From Balanoglossus misakiensis (taxonomy: Eukaryota > Animalia > Hemichordata): 64,000 nucleotides of DNA. The notes under the pieces are model-generated. The model was not told the DNA's origin and ran no database searches. It worked only from the letters and a program-made list of their open reading frames with translations. Made by a program: the position numbers and the translations under genes. The stretch lies in NCBI GenBank assembly GCA_040954595.2, contig CM082582.2:6370303-6434302 (forward strand), read 5' to 3'. Positions 14,101-29,100 of the stretch are shown here, in pieces; positions within the stretch are counted from its first letter, which is position 1; the number at the start of each line of letters is the position of its first letter.

Positions 14101-17100
14101 ACAGTGTGAGGTCTGCAGGCTGACATATGGTCCCGTATGACTCTTAATGTTCAACCACAGGGATTTTTAAATGGATTTATTAATAAATACATTAACACGA
14201 CATGGTAATTACTCAGAACTCATCATGCATGATGTATCTTTCCATATCGATCCAGTGGAGACATTTTTCAGAAGTGAAATGTGTGTCCATGAGATACTGC
14301 CACACACATATGCAAAATGTGTAGGTCATCAGCCATGAATCCTTTCAGTTAATGTGTAGACTTCAAACGGACGAAGAGACAAAATTAGACACTGATATTA
14401 TGCAAGCCTTTCACTGCTAAAATTATCACTGGTATTTATAGATTAGTTACGAAATATAGGATGATGTTGGTGTGCACAGAGAACACCGGTATGTGTAGAA
14501 TTTTTTGAATTAACATGCCCCAATTTTGAAAAGAATTATAAATGGCTAAGTTAGCAGTCATTGGGTAGACTTCACTTTTAGAGGCCCTGGATGTGTAGTG
14601 ATAAAACGCTACCACAGACAAGGTACTTGTAAAACTATTCTGTTTGGATTTTATACCTGGCATATCTTTGTTCTCCATCACATCTGTCAATTTTCAGCTG
14701 ATGAATTCAGCAGCAATTTTTAATTAACTGACTGCTACAACTTTATAATTACACGGACTGTGTTTAAGTATATTCTTTGCATATGTCACAGCGTACAACC
14801 GGCGATGCAGACAATTTTCATATTCCTTTATTGAAAACTCTGTCCCTGCGGACAGATTACTACTTGATGACTGTCTGTGTCTCCCAACGGGCACATTACT
14901 GCTTGATGGATAGATGTAGTTAAAATTGACAAGATGTTTTCACTACCCACAAAATTGAAGTGACTTCCGCTATCGGCATAGCAACAGTGGTCTGAAATAT
15001 ATAGTGTACAAATAACCTGGCACCAGCAACAGCCAGAGCACTGGCTATAGCCAAAGTCATTGTGTGATACACCTGTTTCATATTGCAATATACCGGTATA
15101 CACACCCCATTGGCATGCATTAGTCATCTTCCGTCAGTGCACTGTCTTTCAAAGGTAGCACGCTGTTGTAGGCATATTGATTACAGGTCAAATGTCAAAA
15201 CTGCTCATCATCAATGCACATCCGGATATTTATAACAAAAACAATTTGAAAATTCTGAATTAATATATCAAATGTGATGCTTATATCAGTACAATGTTTT
15301 TCAGAATACATTTTTTAATAGTATCAACCATTTCGGACAAGAATTGTTGAGGTTCTTCCAAAATATCTGTGATGTACTGCATAATATTTACATATATAGT
15401 GGAAATTTTGAAGTTGTAAATTTTGCAATATACTACTACTAGTATCTGATACGAAACGGTTTCACACAATTTTAATGCAGAGAAACTCACCTTCCATTTT
15501 GGCTTGCACTCCAACGGGATAAAATGTCCACCAGGCTTGTATGTATAATTATACTGCGTTAAATTCACTTCCAGCCCGAGTGAGGCTTCAGTGTAATTAT
15601 CTTTACTGCGTAAAGTCCTGACATTACGATTTGCGACTGTAACAAGATGGCGCACTTCTCCTAGCGTTGCCGGGGAGTTAAAAATATAATTTTCTGTGTC
15701 TTTCACAGCGATTTCCGACAGGTTGACTTCCAGGGGGCCTCCTGAAAACAAGAGGACAAATTCAGTGTGTGGTACGTTCTACAAACCTGTCTAAACCGGA
15801 CACCAAAGGGACTGAAAATATTGTCCGGTTTGCTGAGTTGTTCGGTTTATAGAGGTTCATGTAACATGTGGTTCTGCATGTATGCATGTGAAGGGGACTG
15901 GAAAAGGTGTTTGGTATAGACAGGTTTCCAGATTAGACTGGGTTCGGTTTAGACAGGTTTTACTGTATCCCGCTTTTTAAAAATTTACCACTTTTCCAAT
16001 CCACAATGTAGTGCATTAATATATCAGACTTGATAAAAAGCGACTGTCAAGCCTGTCAAAAAGCCAGTCTACTGCCAGACTTTTGACAGCCTAAAGAATC
16101 CATCCATCTTAATCGGTCTAGCTGTATATACAGCACAAAACAGACTCCCTTGATTTCTGGTTTCCTTGACAAAGATTTCTATTGCAGACCACACTCTATC
16201 TAAATGCTCTGTCCAAAAAACATCCTCGTAACCCCAATTCTTATGTCACTGGAAACTCCATTAACTCCTATTCATACTTAACCTATCAGCCAAATCAGTA
16301 AGGAACAAAGCTGAGATGACAGGCACTCAGCAGTACCTGCCTTGATTCTATCGCAAATCCAATGAAGTCAATAGAATTAATAGACACATAACTGACATCT
16401 TTAACAAATAGCAAGGAATACGGTTCTTTGTATGTAAAACCTGCTAGGAAAATCCACATTTCCAATCTCTTCGAAGTGATTCATGATAAATTTTGTATAG
16501 TGCGTTTACGGTAGCTTCCACAATCTTGGATGAACCATTGCTAGCCTACTGATTATCATTCACTGTGCACACTCTTTTATTTCACTTGTCACTTTGACGT
16601 GTTTTCTCCTATCTTTTCACATACAATTTCACATAAGCCCCATTTTAGTTGGCTCTGCCTTTGGTTTGTAAAACCATTAACACCAGATGTTACCGCGTCA
16701 TCCTGCTTTTCAGCTCAACCAAATATATTTCAAATCTTGACGTCACCATTCCTTTTATATAAATTATTTTATTTCCTGTTGAAATTGAAAAGCACAAGGA
16801 CAGCTGAGAAAATTTCTGTTGGCAGAGATGTCTGGTTCACAGAAGTTCTTCAAGTTAAATTGTGTCACAGTGACTGTGTCCTATATGTGACGGGAAATGG
16901 AACTGACGTTCAGTTTACACAGGTATCCAGATTACAAAGGGTTAATATTTAGACAGGCTTCACTGTAACAGTCAAATAAAGCACTAATTAATTAATAAAT
17001 CTATTTGTTTGTTTGTTTGTTTTTCATATACTTTGTAAGTGCCATGTATACCTTGGTTATTGAAAGCATATACCAATTTGAAAATCTCCAGGGAAATACC

Positions 17101-20100
17101 TTGCAAAGAATCTATACGCCTCAACAGACAGCAGCCAATTACCCTGTAAGCCAAATACAATCTACCAAGACTGCAAACAGCTGCTTGTGCCGTCTTAGTC
17201 TTTTGTTCGAGATAAGCTTTATCACACCAACAGAGTACTACTACCCTTCAGCGGATATCTGACACATGAAACAGGAGCATACAGCATCATTCCTCACCCT
17301 ACAATAGATTTGTACATTATCAATTATTTTGTGTATTATAAATTATTCATATGCCCATCAGAATATTAAACATAATCTCGCCTACACCTCCGAGCCCATA
17401 ATATCTGATTAAGCATCACAGCCCCTTTACAAATGACAAAGAGCAAAATCACCTGAACGTGCATTTAATTCAAATGACAGCACTCAATATATTCATGATA
17501 CCGACATATTGTTATGGTCACGCTCAGATCAATAAGACTCACATGAATCATGTGTATATATTCGTATATATATGGCATATATCATATATTATATACGGTA
17601 TATATATACATCATTTTTTTAATAAAGGAACAATGTCATTATAAATGACTTGACACTTCATTCAAATATTGACGTGAAATTAATGAGCATTTTATTTCAC
17701 AATACATCCATTGGAAATAAGCAACGAGGCACCAGTCAAATAACACAAACTGCGGTGGGGGGGGGGGGGGGGTACTATCTTTCGGCGAATACGTCACTGC
17801 AGATTGGATGACGTACTTGAAATGTGGACTGTTTGCCTAGATGACTAACTGGTTCCAGTTATTTCGGTCAATTTTACACAGTTCAACTTCTCACATGATT
17901 TGATAGGGAAGATAGCGATCGATCGTCACTGTGAGTTTACGCCAGATTTTTCAAAGCATGATTGCCACTTTGCTGTCACAGTTCTAAACCTCCCCGTATG
18001 TGTACAAAACGTAGGTACATGCAGAAACCAGGCATGTTTCGTATAGGAAGACATGCAAGGGTCAGGGCTTACTACAACTGCAAATTTGAGAATAGTCCCG
18101 TACGATAATCTTGAACAATTTCAATTCAAGAAACTGTCTCCAAATCTGCGGATTATAATCACAGAATGTATACAACTGTGTGCAGCATGTACACAAGTAG
18201 GTGAGGGGGTCATACAAGATTATGAGAATTTGGAGTTTAGAGACAAAACACTGCACCCTGATGTCATCCCCAATGATATAATTTGTTTAGAATATGGCAC
18301 GTACTCCTCACCAACTGACCTTTCCACTACAGGTACGTATTCATATAAGACTGCAAAAAGCAGGTCAACCAGCATTTGTCCAACATTCTTGTACAGGTAA
18401 ATAATCACTGTTATGAAAACAGGCTTAGGGAAATCTGTGATATTCTAGATCCTATCAACTCTATACGTTTACCCAGCACAATTTCAGATGTAATCTCTAG
18501 AAGTTGATTGACCTGGCTTAAAAATTAGGGGGTTTAGATTATATGTCTCTCCTGACCTCATAACTACAAATTAAAATTTTGTCAGCGCTACTTGACTCTA
18601 CTGACACAGAATGTCAACATTGGTTATTTTGCGCTGACGTAATTCATATTTTTTTCTTATCTATCTGACAGTGTTGACACGTACTGTTTGAGGTAAACAC
18701 TTCATGGAACCGGTCTGAAATCTAATTTTACCATGACAACCACAATCAACACCTGACCTGCATATGCAGTATGATCACATCACATGACAACGTATGAGGG
18801 TACGAGAGCGTTAATATTTTCCCTGGCACACCGCATCTGAGTCATCTCGACTTTGTTATTGTTGGTTTTGAAGATCCATGTTATTTATCAGATTAATCAG
18901 GTGGCAGGAAATTTGATTAAACTAGATTAAAACTTCCTACAAAGCTGAACAGTATAAAAGAAAATATAGCTGATGCGTGGATTGAATTTATAATTGACCT
19001 TTTAATACTAAATGGCATATAATGAAATAGATCATTTGCAACTGCTCTCTTCCCTTGAGGGTGAACAAATGTATTGGCCAGACAACTTCGCAACACCTAT
19101 GCGCCTTTTACCAAATGAGATTTCTATGAAATCTGAATCAATTCCAGTAATTGTGACGCCAGTAAAACCTCGCGACATTATATAGTTCAGAATTTCATAT
19201 ACATCTACTGCTATAACCTATGGCATTTTATCATATAATGCCTTTTTGTATTAATCCAGTATACACAGATTCCCAATATGGCTGACGTGCTCATGCATTT
19301 ATGTGCCCATACACATACTGAGTGAATGAAGCATTGTGTTTGACTGGGATGCCAATTTATTTTCATATTTCTGTAACAATTTCATTCGGTTCCATTGCTT
19401 TGATTTCATGGCAGACAGCTTTCTTCTAAAAATTAACCAAAAAATATATGCTACTGGTATATGAACATTTAATGATGGAAGGTGTGTAATAATAACAGGA
19501 ACTCAGGACTCTGTATGCAGTAGAATAATTGGCCATATGAATACAGCTTGTTCAGCACAATACATACCTGAAGCCCTCGTCCATGGCCAGGCTCCCATGG
19601 CTGTAAAGGCAGTATTATGTGAAAAATCCTATGTTTTGATGATAATTTCAGGTTCAGTACCACTAATGATCTCACACATCATCATGAGAAAATATTCATT
19701 TCTCAGATGAACCAAAAAAATAACCAAAATGGTTAAAATAGTGTATGGCCAAAGAAAGTAAATTTTTCGTTTTGCGTCCACTCAAAAGGTATAGGCTAGC
19801 TGCTAAGTGGTTATAAAACACACACAAAATTTATCACAAAACAATATGCCTTCATTCGATATTTGTCTCATGCTGTAGCCATTTTACATCACCAAATGGT
19901 CATTTGATGGCTGTAATATGACTACAAAGAGAAGTATGGCTGCAATGTGAAAGTCAAGGCTTTTGCAACCCAATATTGTCCTTGAGGAAAACTTTGCGTG
20001 TGTGTATTTCTCGAAAAACCTACGCATGCATGGACGCAAAACAAAGAATTTACTTACCTAGGGCGAATGATGACTTACGTATTCCTGGCAACCTTGTTTC

Positions 20101-23100
20101 TGGGCAGACTTCTGATGGATGTAGTTCAACTGGAGGAAGATAGTATTCTATATTCTCATCATCAGGTATATTGTATCCATGTGGATCTGTGCCATTGGGC
20201 ATGGTATCAGCACTCGTAAAACTGGCTTGCCATCGTCGTATTTTGGCTCCTATACTTTCACTCATAGAGAATGATGAATAAACAAGTGCATTAGCTGAAA
20301 TAGAGAAGAAGAAAAATCAAAATTATTATTATTATTAATTAATTAATTATTCACTTAATTAATTCTCATTCATTCATTCATTCATTCATTCACTCACTCA
20401 CTCTTTCATTCATTCATTCATTCATTCATCCATTCATTCACTCACTCACTCATTCATTCATTCATTCATTCAGTCATTCATTCATTCATTCATTCATTCA
20501 TTCATTCATTCATTCATTCATTCATTCATTATCAACAACCAAGTGAACCAGTGATCAAATACCTCAATCAACCAAGTGTGTAAATCAATAACAAGGCAGA
20601 GTTCCCTGTACCAAACCTTTGAACCCATGTCCTGTGATCCAAACACTCTTAGTCTTACGTTCAATGTGTTCAATGTCTGGGTAGCAGTTATGCAAATTCC
20701 ACAGTAGGTAAATACCACGCTGGTTGAAATCTGAGTGGTTCATATATGTCAGGGACGGAGAAGACGACACAACATTCCTGTATAAATGTTCACACTACGG
20801 CATACCTCCTGAAGACGTGATTACTACAAAAGTCATAACATACACTAGCCCAGCAATTTGTATGAGTCAGCCACTCAGCCAGTTAGATATGTAGGAGTCA
20901 ACAACCCTAAAAAGTATGCTCTGAATTTTTCTCTCTATACCAATCTTCTCCTTATCCTTAGTTGACAAAAGTAAACATAATTTTGAATTTGTAGAAATTC
21001 TCATGTACGTGTACACCACAATAGTGTGACTCCTGACCCTTTTATTATTTAACTTGTTCATACACCAAAATGGGCTTTAATCTCAAGTAGGGCTGATGAC
21101 TCGGTACGTGTGAGTATTTTGTAACATATCACATCCGGCAGATGAGCAGATGATATCCGGAACATTATCTCTTAGCGTAGCAAAAAAACCCACAGCAGTC
21201 GAGATTCCAGACTACTCTATCTTAGACAGGACCATTTCCTTTTCCATGGATTACCGTCACAGAATACCGGCATCATCCAATCCCCATCGCCAATAGTAAC
21301 GGTGGAATGTCAATTTTAAAAAAAATCGAATTTTGCAAAAATGGTTACCGAGGTGATGGAGGCACTGAACTGGCTTATCCAGTAGTAATCAGTAAAACAT
21401 GGAATGTACCCAGTACATGTAGGCTTGCCATTTGACCCAACCTCTGTACACATATCACACTTCATATGATCAGTTCATCTTGCGATGTGGGGTATCAATG
21501 GTCCAATATATAATATATTCAGCAGGTGAAATTTAATATCAGTAATCAAAAGAAAATAAGAGACAGTATTTTAACCATTTACATTAGAGCATATCTCTCA
21601 TTATTAAAAAATTATCCTACACAGGAATTTTTATTTGAGATATTTTGCTTCACTAATGTTTCAATTGAGACAATGATATCCAACAGTGGATCTTAGTGCA
21701 TATGCTTTTAATTCAGCCCTCCCTTATTCACTACTGAGAATGCAAAATGCATTTTCAATGAAAAAGACGTATTTTGCATTAATTGGCATGGTTGGTTGCT
21801 CGGACAAACACACGGAAGTAGCTACTGAGATGTCAGTATTTTTATTTTAAAATTATAACTGTATAGCCCTTGACTGACATCTGATATTTCGTCTGATGTA
21901 CGTGTCATTTGTCGTTTAAATTATACTGACGTCTGTTTCCATAGACAGAAATAACCCAATATGCAAGATCAATTGTTTCTATTTACGGGTTTCAATCATT
22001 ATTTGCTGGTATGAATTGATGACTCCAAATTTTTACAGTAATTTTCAGAGTCCAAATGGCTTGCACTTTGAAGTATTGCTGTTTTACCTGAATTTATTAC
22101 AGTCAAGGTGGGAATATATAATACTGTAAGAATTAAGAGATTGATAAATATTACAGTACCATACATTCACCATCTGGGTTAATCACTGAGGGTATGCTTT
22201 GGCGTTTACGGATGAAAAACCAGAAATTATTAATTGGAACACGCAGCAATAATTGCTGGCAAAAACAATTACCCATAGTTCCCAGTATGGTTGCTCAGTG
22301 TGGATTGACTATGCATAGTTGTTGCTAAGGACGGCAGTGCATGATCTCATGATCATTTACCACCTGGTCATATCCCAACCCTATAATTCCCTAGCACCAA
22401 CTGGAGAGTGGACAACTTCCAGTAGGTAAATGTCTGAGGAGGGTAACAAGCTTTATACCCCCAGCATTGCTGTGTTATTAGGAAAACAGTCTTTTACCTT
22501 CTGCCCTGGGGACCATCTTGCTCCATTTCATGAAAAGTGACAAACAAATTGGTTCATATATAACAAATTATTTCTTTGTGCAAATATAGGCCACTCATTC
22601 TGTGTTTAAAATGTAACTGTCACAACTGGAGAGTGATTATGTACCATGATGTAGGACTTAAAGAAATTGGCATAAACCAAAAATGGTGTATGTGAGTCAG
22701 ACATTAAAAACTGCATTAACAAGTCATGGATAGTTTCCCTGGAAGAAGATTATAGGTTGGAATCTACATCATCTGAAACAACTGAGGGAGAAATAATTAG
22801 TGATAATGTAGACAGTCAGACAGACAGGGACAAAGACATTATGTTATAGGCATCGATCGTTAATTCCTCCATCTTATTGATTGAAACTAGCTGTCAGACA
22901 GACGGGCCGAGAAAGAGAAATTTTTCTGTCGTAGTTGACTGACTGGAAATTATGCGAGAATCTATGTTGATGTGACCTATTCAATTAATATTCTTCGTTC
23001 AGGGTTGTCAAGATGTTTACTATTCGTGGGAGTGCTGCTGACTGCTGCTGAACTGGTCGTTGCCATAGAAACCATTTGACTTCAATAGGTGTGGTCATGC

Positions 23101-26100
23101 TCCACTGGGTCCCGAGGTCAGACAGATTGTGGAGAATTTGCATTCAGCATGTTTAGAGTGCACGGCCATTATATGAGCAGAATGTGTATGAGTGTGTTTG
23201 GAATGGGGTCATTGTGATAGGAATTGGAATATGGACCTTATTACCATGCAAGCTGTCAGACGTACATTTTATTTAACTTGCTTGAGAGCAGCACACTGAA
23301 TTCTTTGGAAAATCTATAGCTTGTCTTCAGACAACAAGTTTCACATTTCCTCATGCATGTACAAGTTACTACTCCCACCCCATCATTGGCACACTCAATT
23401 AATTGTGATGATGCACATCATCTTTGCTCGAAATGTATCAATACGATAATGTTAGACTAGGTGATCACATGACTGTCAGTACAAAAATTTACATAGGGCA
23501 AATACAGCACATGTACAATAGGGAAATTCATTGGTTGAAATTTGACTCTCAATCACAATGTGTAGTGAATATACAATGAAGGAGACGGAGATCGAGTCTT
23601 TTGTGCTTGGAAGTCTGATCAATGATCCATTGATGAAGAATTGAACCCTTGGAGATTTTGTGTGTGGTGTCGATGCCCTGACTGGGCTGAATATCCAGTG
23701 TTCTTGTTACTCGAGGGGTACGTGTGCTCATTAAGCATCTATGACAGAAGAAATAGATTGTTCTGTACAGTAAGGCCCACATCTATAATTCACTGCACTT
23801 AACGAAGCTCTCAACACCTCCAGATAGTAAACCCCTATCCTTTGCTATTTTGCATACTAGCCAGATGTTCAACTGGGGGGTATTTCTGTCACACAGCTCA
23901 TTTGAATTACCCGCACACGTACGTCATCAGCCCTCCCTAAGATAGTAACATAATGCCGGCCATTACCTGACTTAATTCTGATCGAAACATCATTGATGAG
24001 ACTTGACACAGTGATCGACAGCCAGTATTTTATATCAGTCGTAATTTGGCCAACAATGGGAGGTGATCTAACCAAGGACTCATTTGCTTTAATATATCTT
24101 AATTTCCTGCAAGTAATTGCAGGGCCCTGCATGTGCAATTTAACTAGTCTGAAGTAACCATACTCCAATGAAGGGCCTGATTTGTCTGCTTGTATTAATC
24201 CAATGGGGCTATTTTCAGAGTGTACATAAGTGGTCGGTAAATTAAGAGCCAATCTGCTTCATCTCAGAGGACAGACTCTTCATGCTCTGTCACTGCTCTG
24301 CGAAGCAACTCGATCTACACACTACAGGAAGAAAATCAGAAAAACTCTTTGTACATGAACATAAATTTGTTCATCTACTGGTACTTGTAAGATTCCTTAT
24401 TATGTTCTCTCTGTTCAAATGGAAAAAAAACAGCGTATAAGTCATTGAGGGAGCATCGGGACTCAACACCTTATTTATCACAGACACATGCAGCCAACCA
24501 GAGTTCACTATCATGGCGTCATCCGTGTATTCTTGTGACCTAAGAGCGCCACTGGCACACTGTTACTCTCCAGCATTTCCATTTCTGCAATGACCGATGA
24601 CTCAACCCGGAACTGGAGAAATGCAGTTTACTTATACTCAGGGGCTGCACACAATTCTCAAGGGCAAGTGATTCAACTGTGGCACCGTCCTTAGCAACAT
24701 CCGTAGTGCAAAAGTAAAAACCCACACGATTGAAACATTTTTTTGTGTGTGTGAATTGCTAAATGAAGATTTCAACTTGAAAATGTACTACAGATACATT
24801 TAGTAATACTTAATTCAATTCATACTTAGTAACTTAAATTTGAATTTGATAAACAAACATAGAGGAAGTTCTTTCACTGCCAACTTATGTCGTTGAAGGT
24901 TATACACCTGTGTGATTCATCCATCAAGAAGTGATAACAAACACACGTACTGTGGACTTTCTCATCTGCAAAAATGCATATGACACCCTCGTTTTGAAAT
25001 CAGATACAACCATCATTCTGAACACCTTTGTCTAGACTCAGAGAGATGAATCATGTCTTCCAGAATGATCAGTACAGTATACAGTAAAAAGTACACCAAC
25101 AGTTTAATAAGGCAGGTTATTCTTGTGAGATTCAGTGAAATAGAGATCGCTGAAAATTGCTTCCAGGTTATACTTCCGTCAAGGCTGAGAGAGTCCAAGC
25201 ACAAGATTCGAACAATGTGACAATTAAGGCATGTCCTGTCAAATGTCTGCCAGGGAGTCATGATGCAATGACACGTACGACAGCGTTTTGTTATAAAAAT
25301 CATTTCAAATCCCCCCAAAAACCCTCATAAGCTGGCATTTTTAATGAAAACACTGACCAGTTGATACCTCCTTTACGAGAAAAACCGAAATTTATGACTG
25401 AATTTCATTTTGTTAAAAATCAACAAAGAAGTTTTATTATTCACTTTTGCCAAGGATCAAGGTCTGTTTATTTCCTTGCCAGCACGAACACATAGCAACC
25501 CACAGCAACTGGCATATTTTATTATAAAGTAAGCAAGAACATTACAAACATATAAATCATGTAGATTGAACAAATGAAAGGAGAGCGTACAGGTAACTCC
25601 TTGAATATTATTAAAGTCAGACTACTACAGTGAACTTTTATGTTCACACTCGCAACCCTTAACTGTATCCATGGCAACTGAATCGCTGCTGGACACATCC
25701 TTTTTTAATAATAATGCCATCTAACAGCAGAGAGGTCTTGTACCTGTAAGATGTCCTCACTGAACGTCAAAGCACGGTATAGCTAGACTAGTTTAAATTC
25801 TCCATACAATGGTCTGTTGGAACCAACAAACACCACAATTTGTTTGCAGGTATATTATCCAAAACAGGGCAATTAACCTTAGCTTTTCATTTTATTGCTG
25901 TAAATTCTTTTGTATCCTTGGATGTACATATAATACACAATACATGGGTTCAATGGAGCTTTTATACAGTAACTGGGCTCTGACCTGTTGACTAGCCAAT
26001 TTCATTTGGGGAAAGTTATTTACTGACTAAAAGCTCAGTTCATATGGTTGCGCAAACTCAACAATACAAAGGCTTATTCATTATTTATAAACATGTCACT

Positions 26101-29100
26101 CAGTATTTTATGAACATTAATACATACCACAATGAAAGAATTTCTAGTTGCAAGATTGTAACATACATGTATACACTTCTCGAAAGTTGAATAGGTACCT
26201 GCCTGAATATAAATCTTATATAAATGAATACTTGGTAACTATATATATGCAACAGCACTTCATCCAGATAAGATAAAGAATTCCTATTCTTCATGAAAAA
26301 TGGCTAGGATTTGCATCAATCACTTTCCGGCATTTCTCCCCTGAAGACAAATCGCATGTCTTGGAGCTGGACTTCTGAAAGCTTGCATTGAGACTTCATG
26401 AAATATTCAATAAGATGCACTTCAAGGGAGAAGTCAAAGACGTTACACATACATTTCATTATGGTTCCTACACTGTTGTTAAAACCTGAGACATATAATA
26501 CCCACGCTAACTCTCACCCTAGTGTTATCACTATAGCAACAGAACCATCACGTGTGACTGCAGGCAGGGATCTCATATACTAAATCACATTGAGGCCACA
26601 TTATACAGGTATACTGTCTAACCACATGTATTTTTCAGTGTAGGTTTCTGACCAGTCACACGTGACTATAACCCTGACAGAAGAAAGATTAATTTCCTCT
26701 TCTAACATAGTGCCGTGGGGCTGTGTTTTTCATGTACAAAGGGTTGAAAGTGATTTGTGATGTGTATTGTATGTAAATGTGGTCAATTCTTGTGAGTGAG
26801 TAGGTGGATGAAATGGGAGCGTAGAGTAATACATTTATTGCATGCATGGCAGTGTCTAATCAGTCATACGTGACTAAACACTGACCAAAGAAAGATTAAT
26901 TTCACCTGACCATTGTATGAAGACAGTGAAACGAAAGCAATAAGCCTTTGTTCATACATAGGAGGGAGACTAATTTCTCTACGACCAGAATAAAAAGTAT
27001 GTGTCACCATTAATTTCACTTATACCATAAGTACCAGCTCTGTGTACAAATTTGGGATATTTACTTTTTGCTAGCTCAATTGACCCAACATTCAAGTAAG
27101 AGTCAACAACCCCCATATATTTCTGCTGTTAGTCTGTCCTGAAAATAGACCTCTGTTGAATTGTCCTCTTGAACCACATATATGTACAAGATGACCAACC
27201 TGATCGGAATGTGCTTACCCTACACATGGCTTAACGCTTTCCCCCAGTTTCCTCTTCAGAAGTCCAACCTTGCCATAGAAAACAATGGGTTTGGACTGGA
27301 CCATGGTGGTGAAAGGGTCAAAGCCCCATGAGTTGCATCTTTAAGGAAATTATCATGAAGCTTATTTTCAAACTTAACTAATATTAGCCCATACAGATGT
27401 ATGCACTGGTATATGCAAGTATTATAGCCCTTTAAGTATGAGTGCATAGCAAGTTTTGCGGCAAAGGAATATGGCTGCAGCCACCATGGGGAAATGAAAA
27501 ATACAATGAAAACGTTGCATTTCCCACTTTGAAACTTCATATTTAACATGATCTCTGCCACGCAAAGCTAGGTATGTTAATTGTACCTCTTGCATGAATA
27601 CCAGTTTGGAATGTGTAAAAATATATTTTATTGAGTATGAAAATGTCAATGAAGCAATCAGGTATTACCTTGGGGTAATATGTGCACACACTGTCTGACC
27701 TTATGGGGGTCAAAATAACATGACCCAAGGATTGATGAGGTCACACTGCTATCATTTGCTATCCTCTGATTACTGGTGTATTCACACCCATTTATTTGTC
27801 ACAGTGTACTGAAATATGCTTTTTATTGATAGTCTTCACACTACTGGAGCCTGGCTGCCTTGATTCTACTATCACAAGATTAGATGGCCCCCCAAAAAAG
27901 AATTATTTACGTTTTGCAACCAAGTAGGTTTTGCTGACCTCTGCACGACCTCTGAAAGATCATAGGTAGCAGATAATGCTTTAACCGCCGTTTTAAGAAA
28001 GAATCAGTGATTGTTAATCTAGCAGGAGATAGAACAAACACCAAGGAACACCAAAGTTAACTACATATGTGGAGTTTTCCACCATCAAGTAACTGATTCT
28101 ACAAGCAAACTGTAATTTTGAATCAGAAATCATGGTTTAAAAACACAAAAAAAAACAAAGTCATTGAGTATCACCATGCAATTCAATTACTGACAAAGTT
28201 AGCAAACTTCATGTTTGATGTTTAAGGTCTGTGACCTCTGGATTGTGTGACCTTATACAGTGTCATCCTCAAATAAAATCGTGACCCAAGATTTGTATCT
28301 GAGAAGGTAGAGTGTGGTATCATTATAGATAAGATTACTAAAGTGCACTGTTGACAGATGCATGATCATGGTCTTGCAAACACTGTTAATGCAAGTCAAA
28401 GTGACATTGCAGGCTTTTCTATCAAAGAGCAGGAGCTATATATGAAGATGGGAGATTTATGGAACAGTCACAGTAAAAGATGGATACTCATTAAATCTGG
28501 ACACTGCAGTATTCACCCCTTTCCACCTACCCCCCCCCCCCCCCTTCGCACCCATTTCCCTGCACAGAGTGACAGAGGTCCAACCTCACCACAGTAAACA
28601 ATAGGTTTGGACCAAACCATGGTGGTGAAAAGGGATAAAGTACACAGAAGCCCTCAAACTGCTAACCTTTGTTTGGCTTCCTTCTGTTAGCTGTTTATAG
28701 CCATGTAATGAATTGCTGCCATCTGCCTCATCTTTTGTTAAAAGATGTATGCGTATTAAATGGCACACCTATATTGAAATTGTGCGTCAGCAACACATCC
28801 AAATGATTCATTACTTTTACTGTTTATTACAAGTATTGCTGCCCTAACACAACTTGTGTGCACTGGCATAAAATCCCAATCCGTCATAACACGTATATGT
28901 ATCCCATCATGCAACTGTTGCAGTGATTACTCGGGGTGTGTAGTAGACTTGATTTTATAAAACGTGACTACCTTATCATCGTTATTCATCACAGATTTCG
29001 TGTTGAATTCATGTGATAGGTGTTCCATTTTCAGGATATTACACATCCTACAGCATCATTGACAAGCCAGGCACTTCAGAATTAACCACGACTGGTCCTT

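Noticed and set aside
23059-25678. RFX X-box matches GTTGCCATAGAAAC (23059) and GTATCCATGGCAAC (25665)
   Set aside because: A degenerate 14-mer; a couple of matches in 64 kb is near chance and they are far from any start site.
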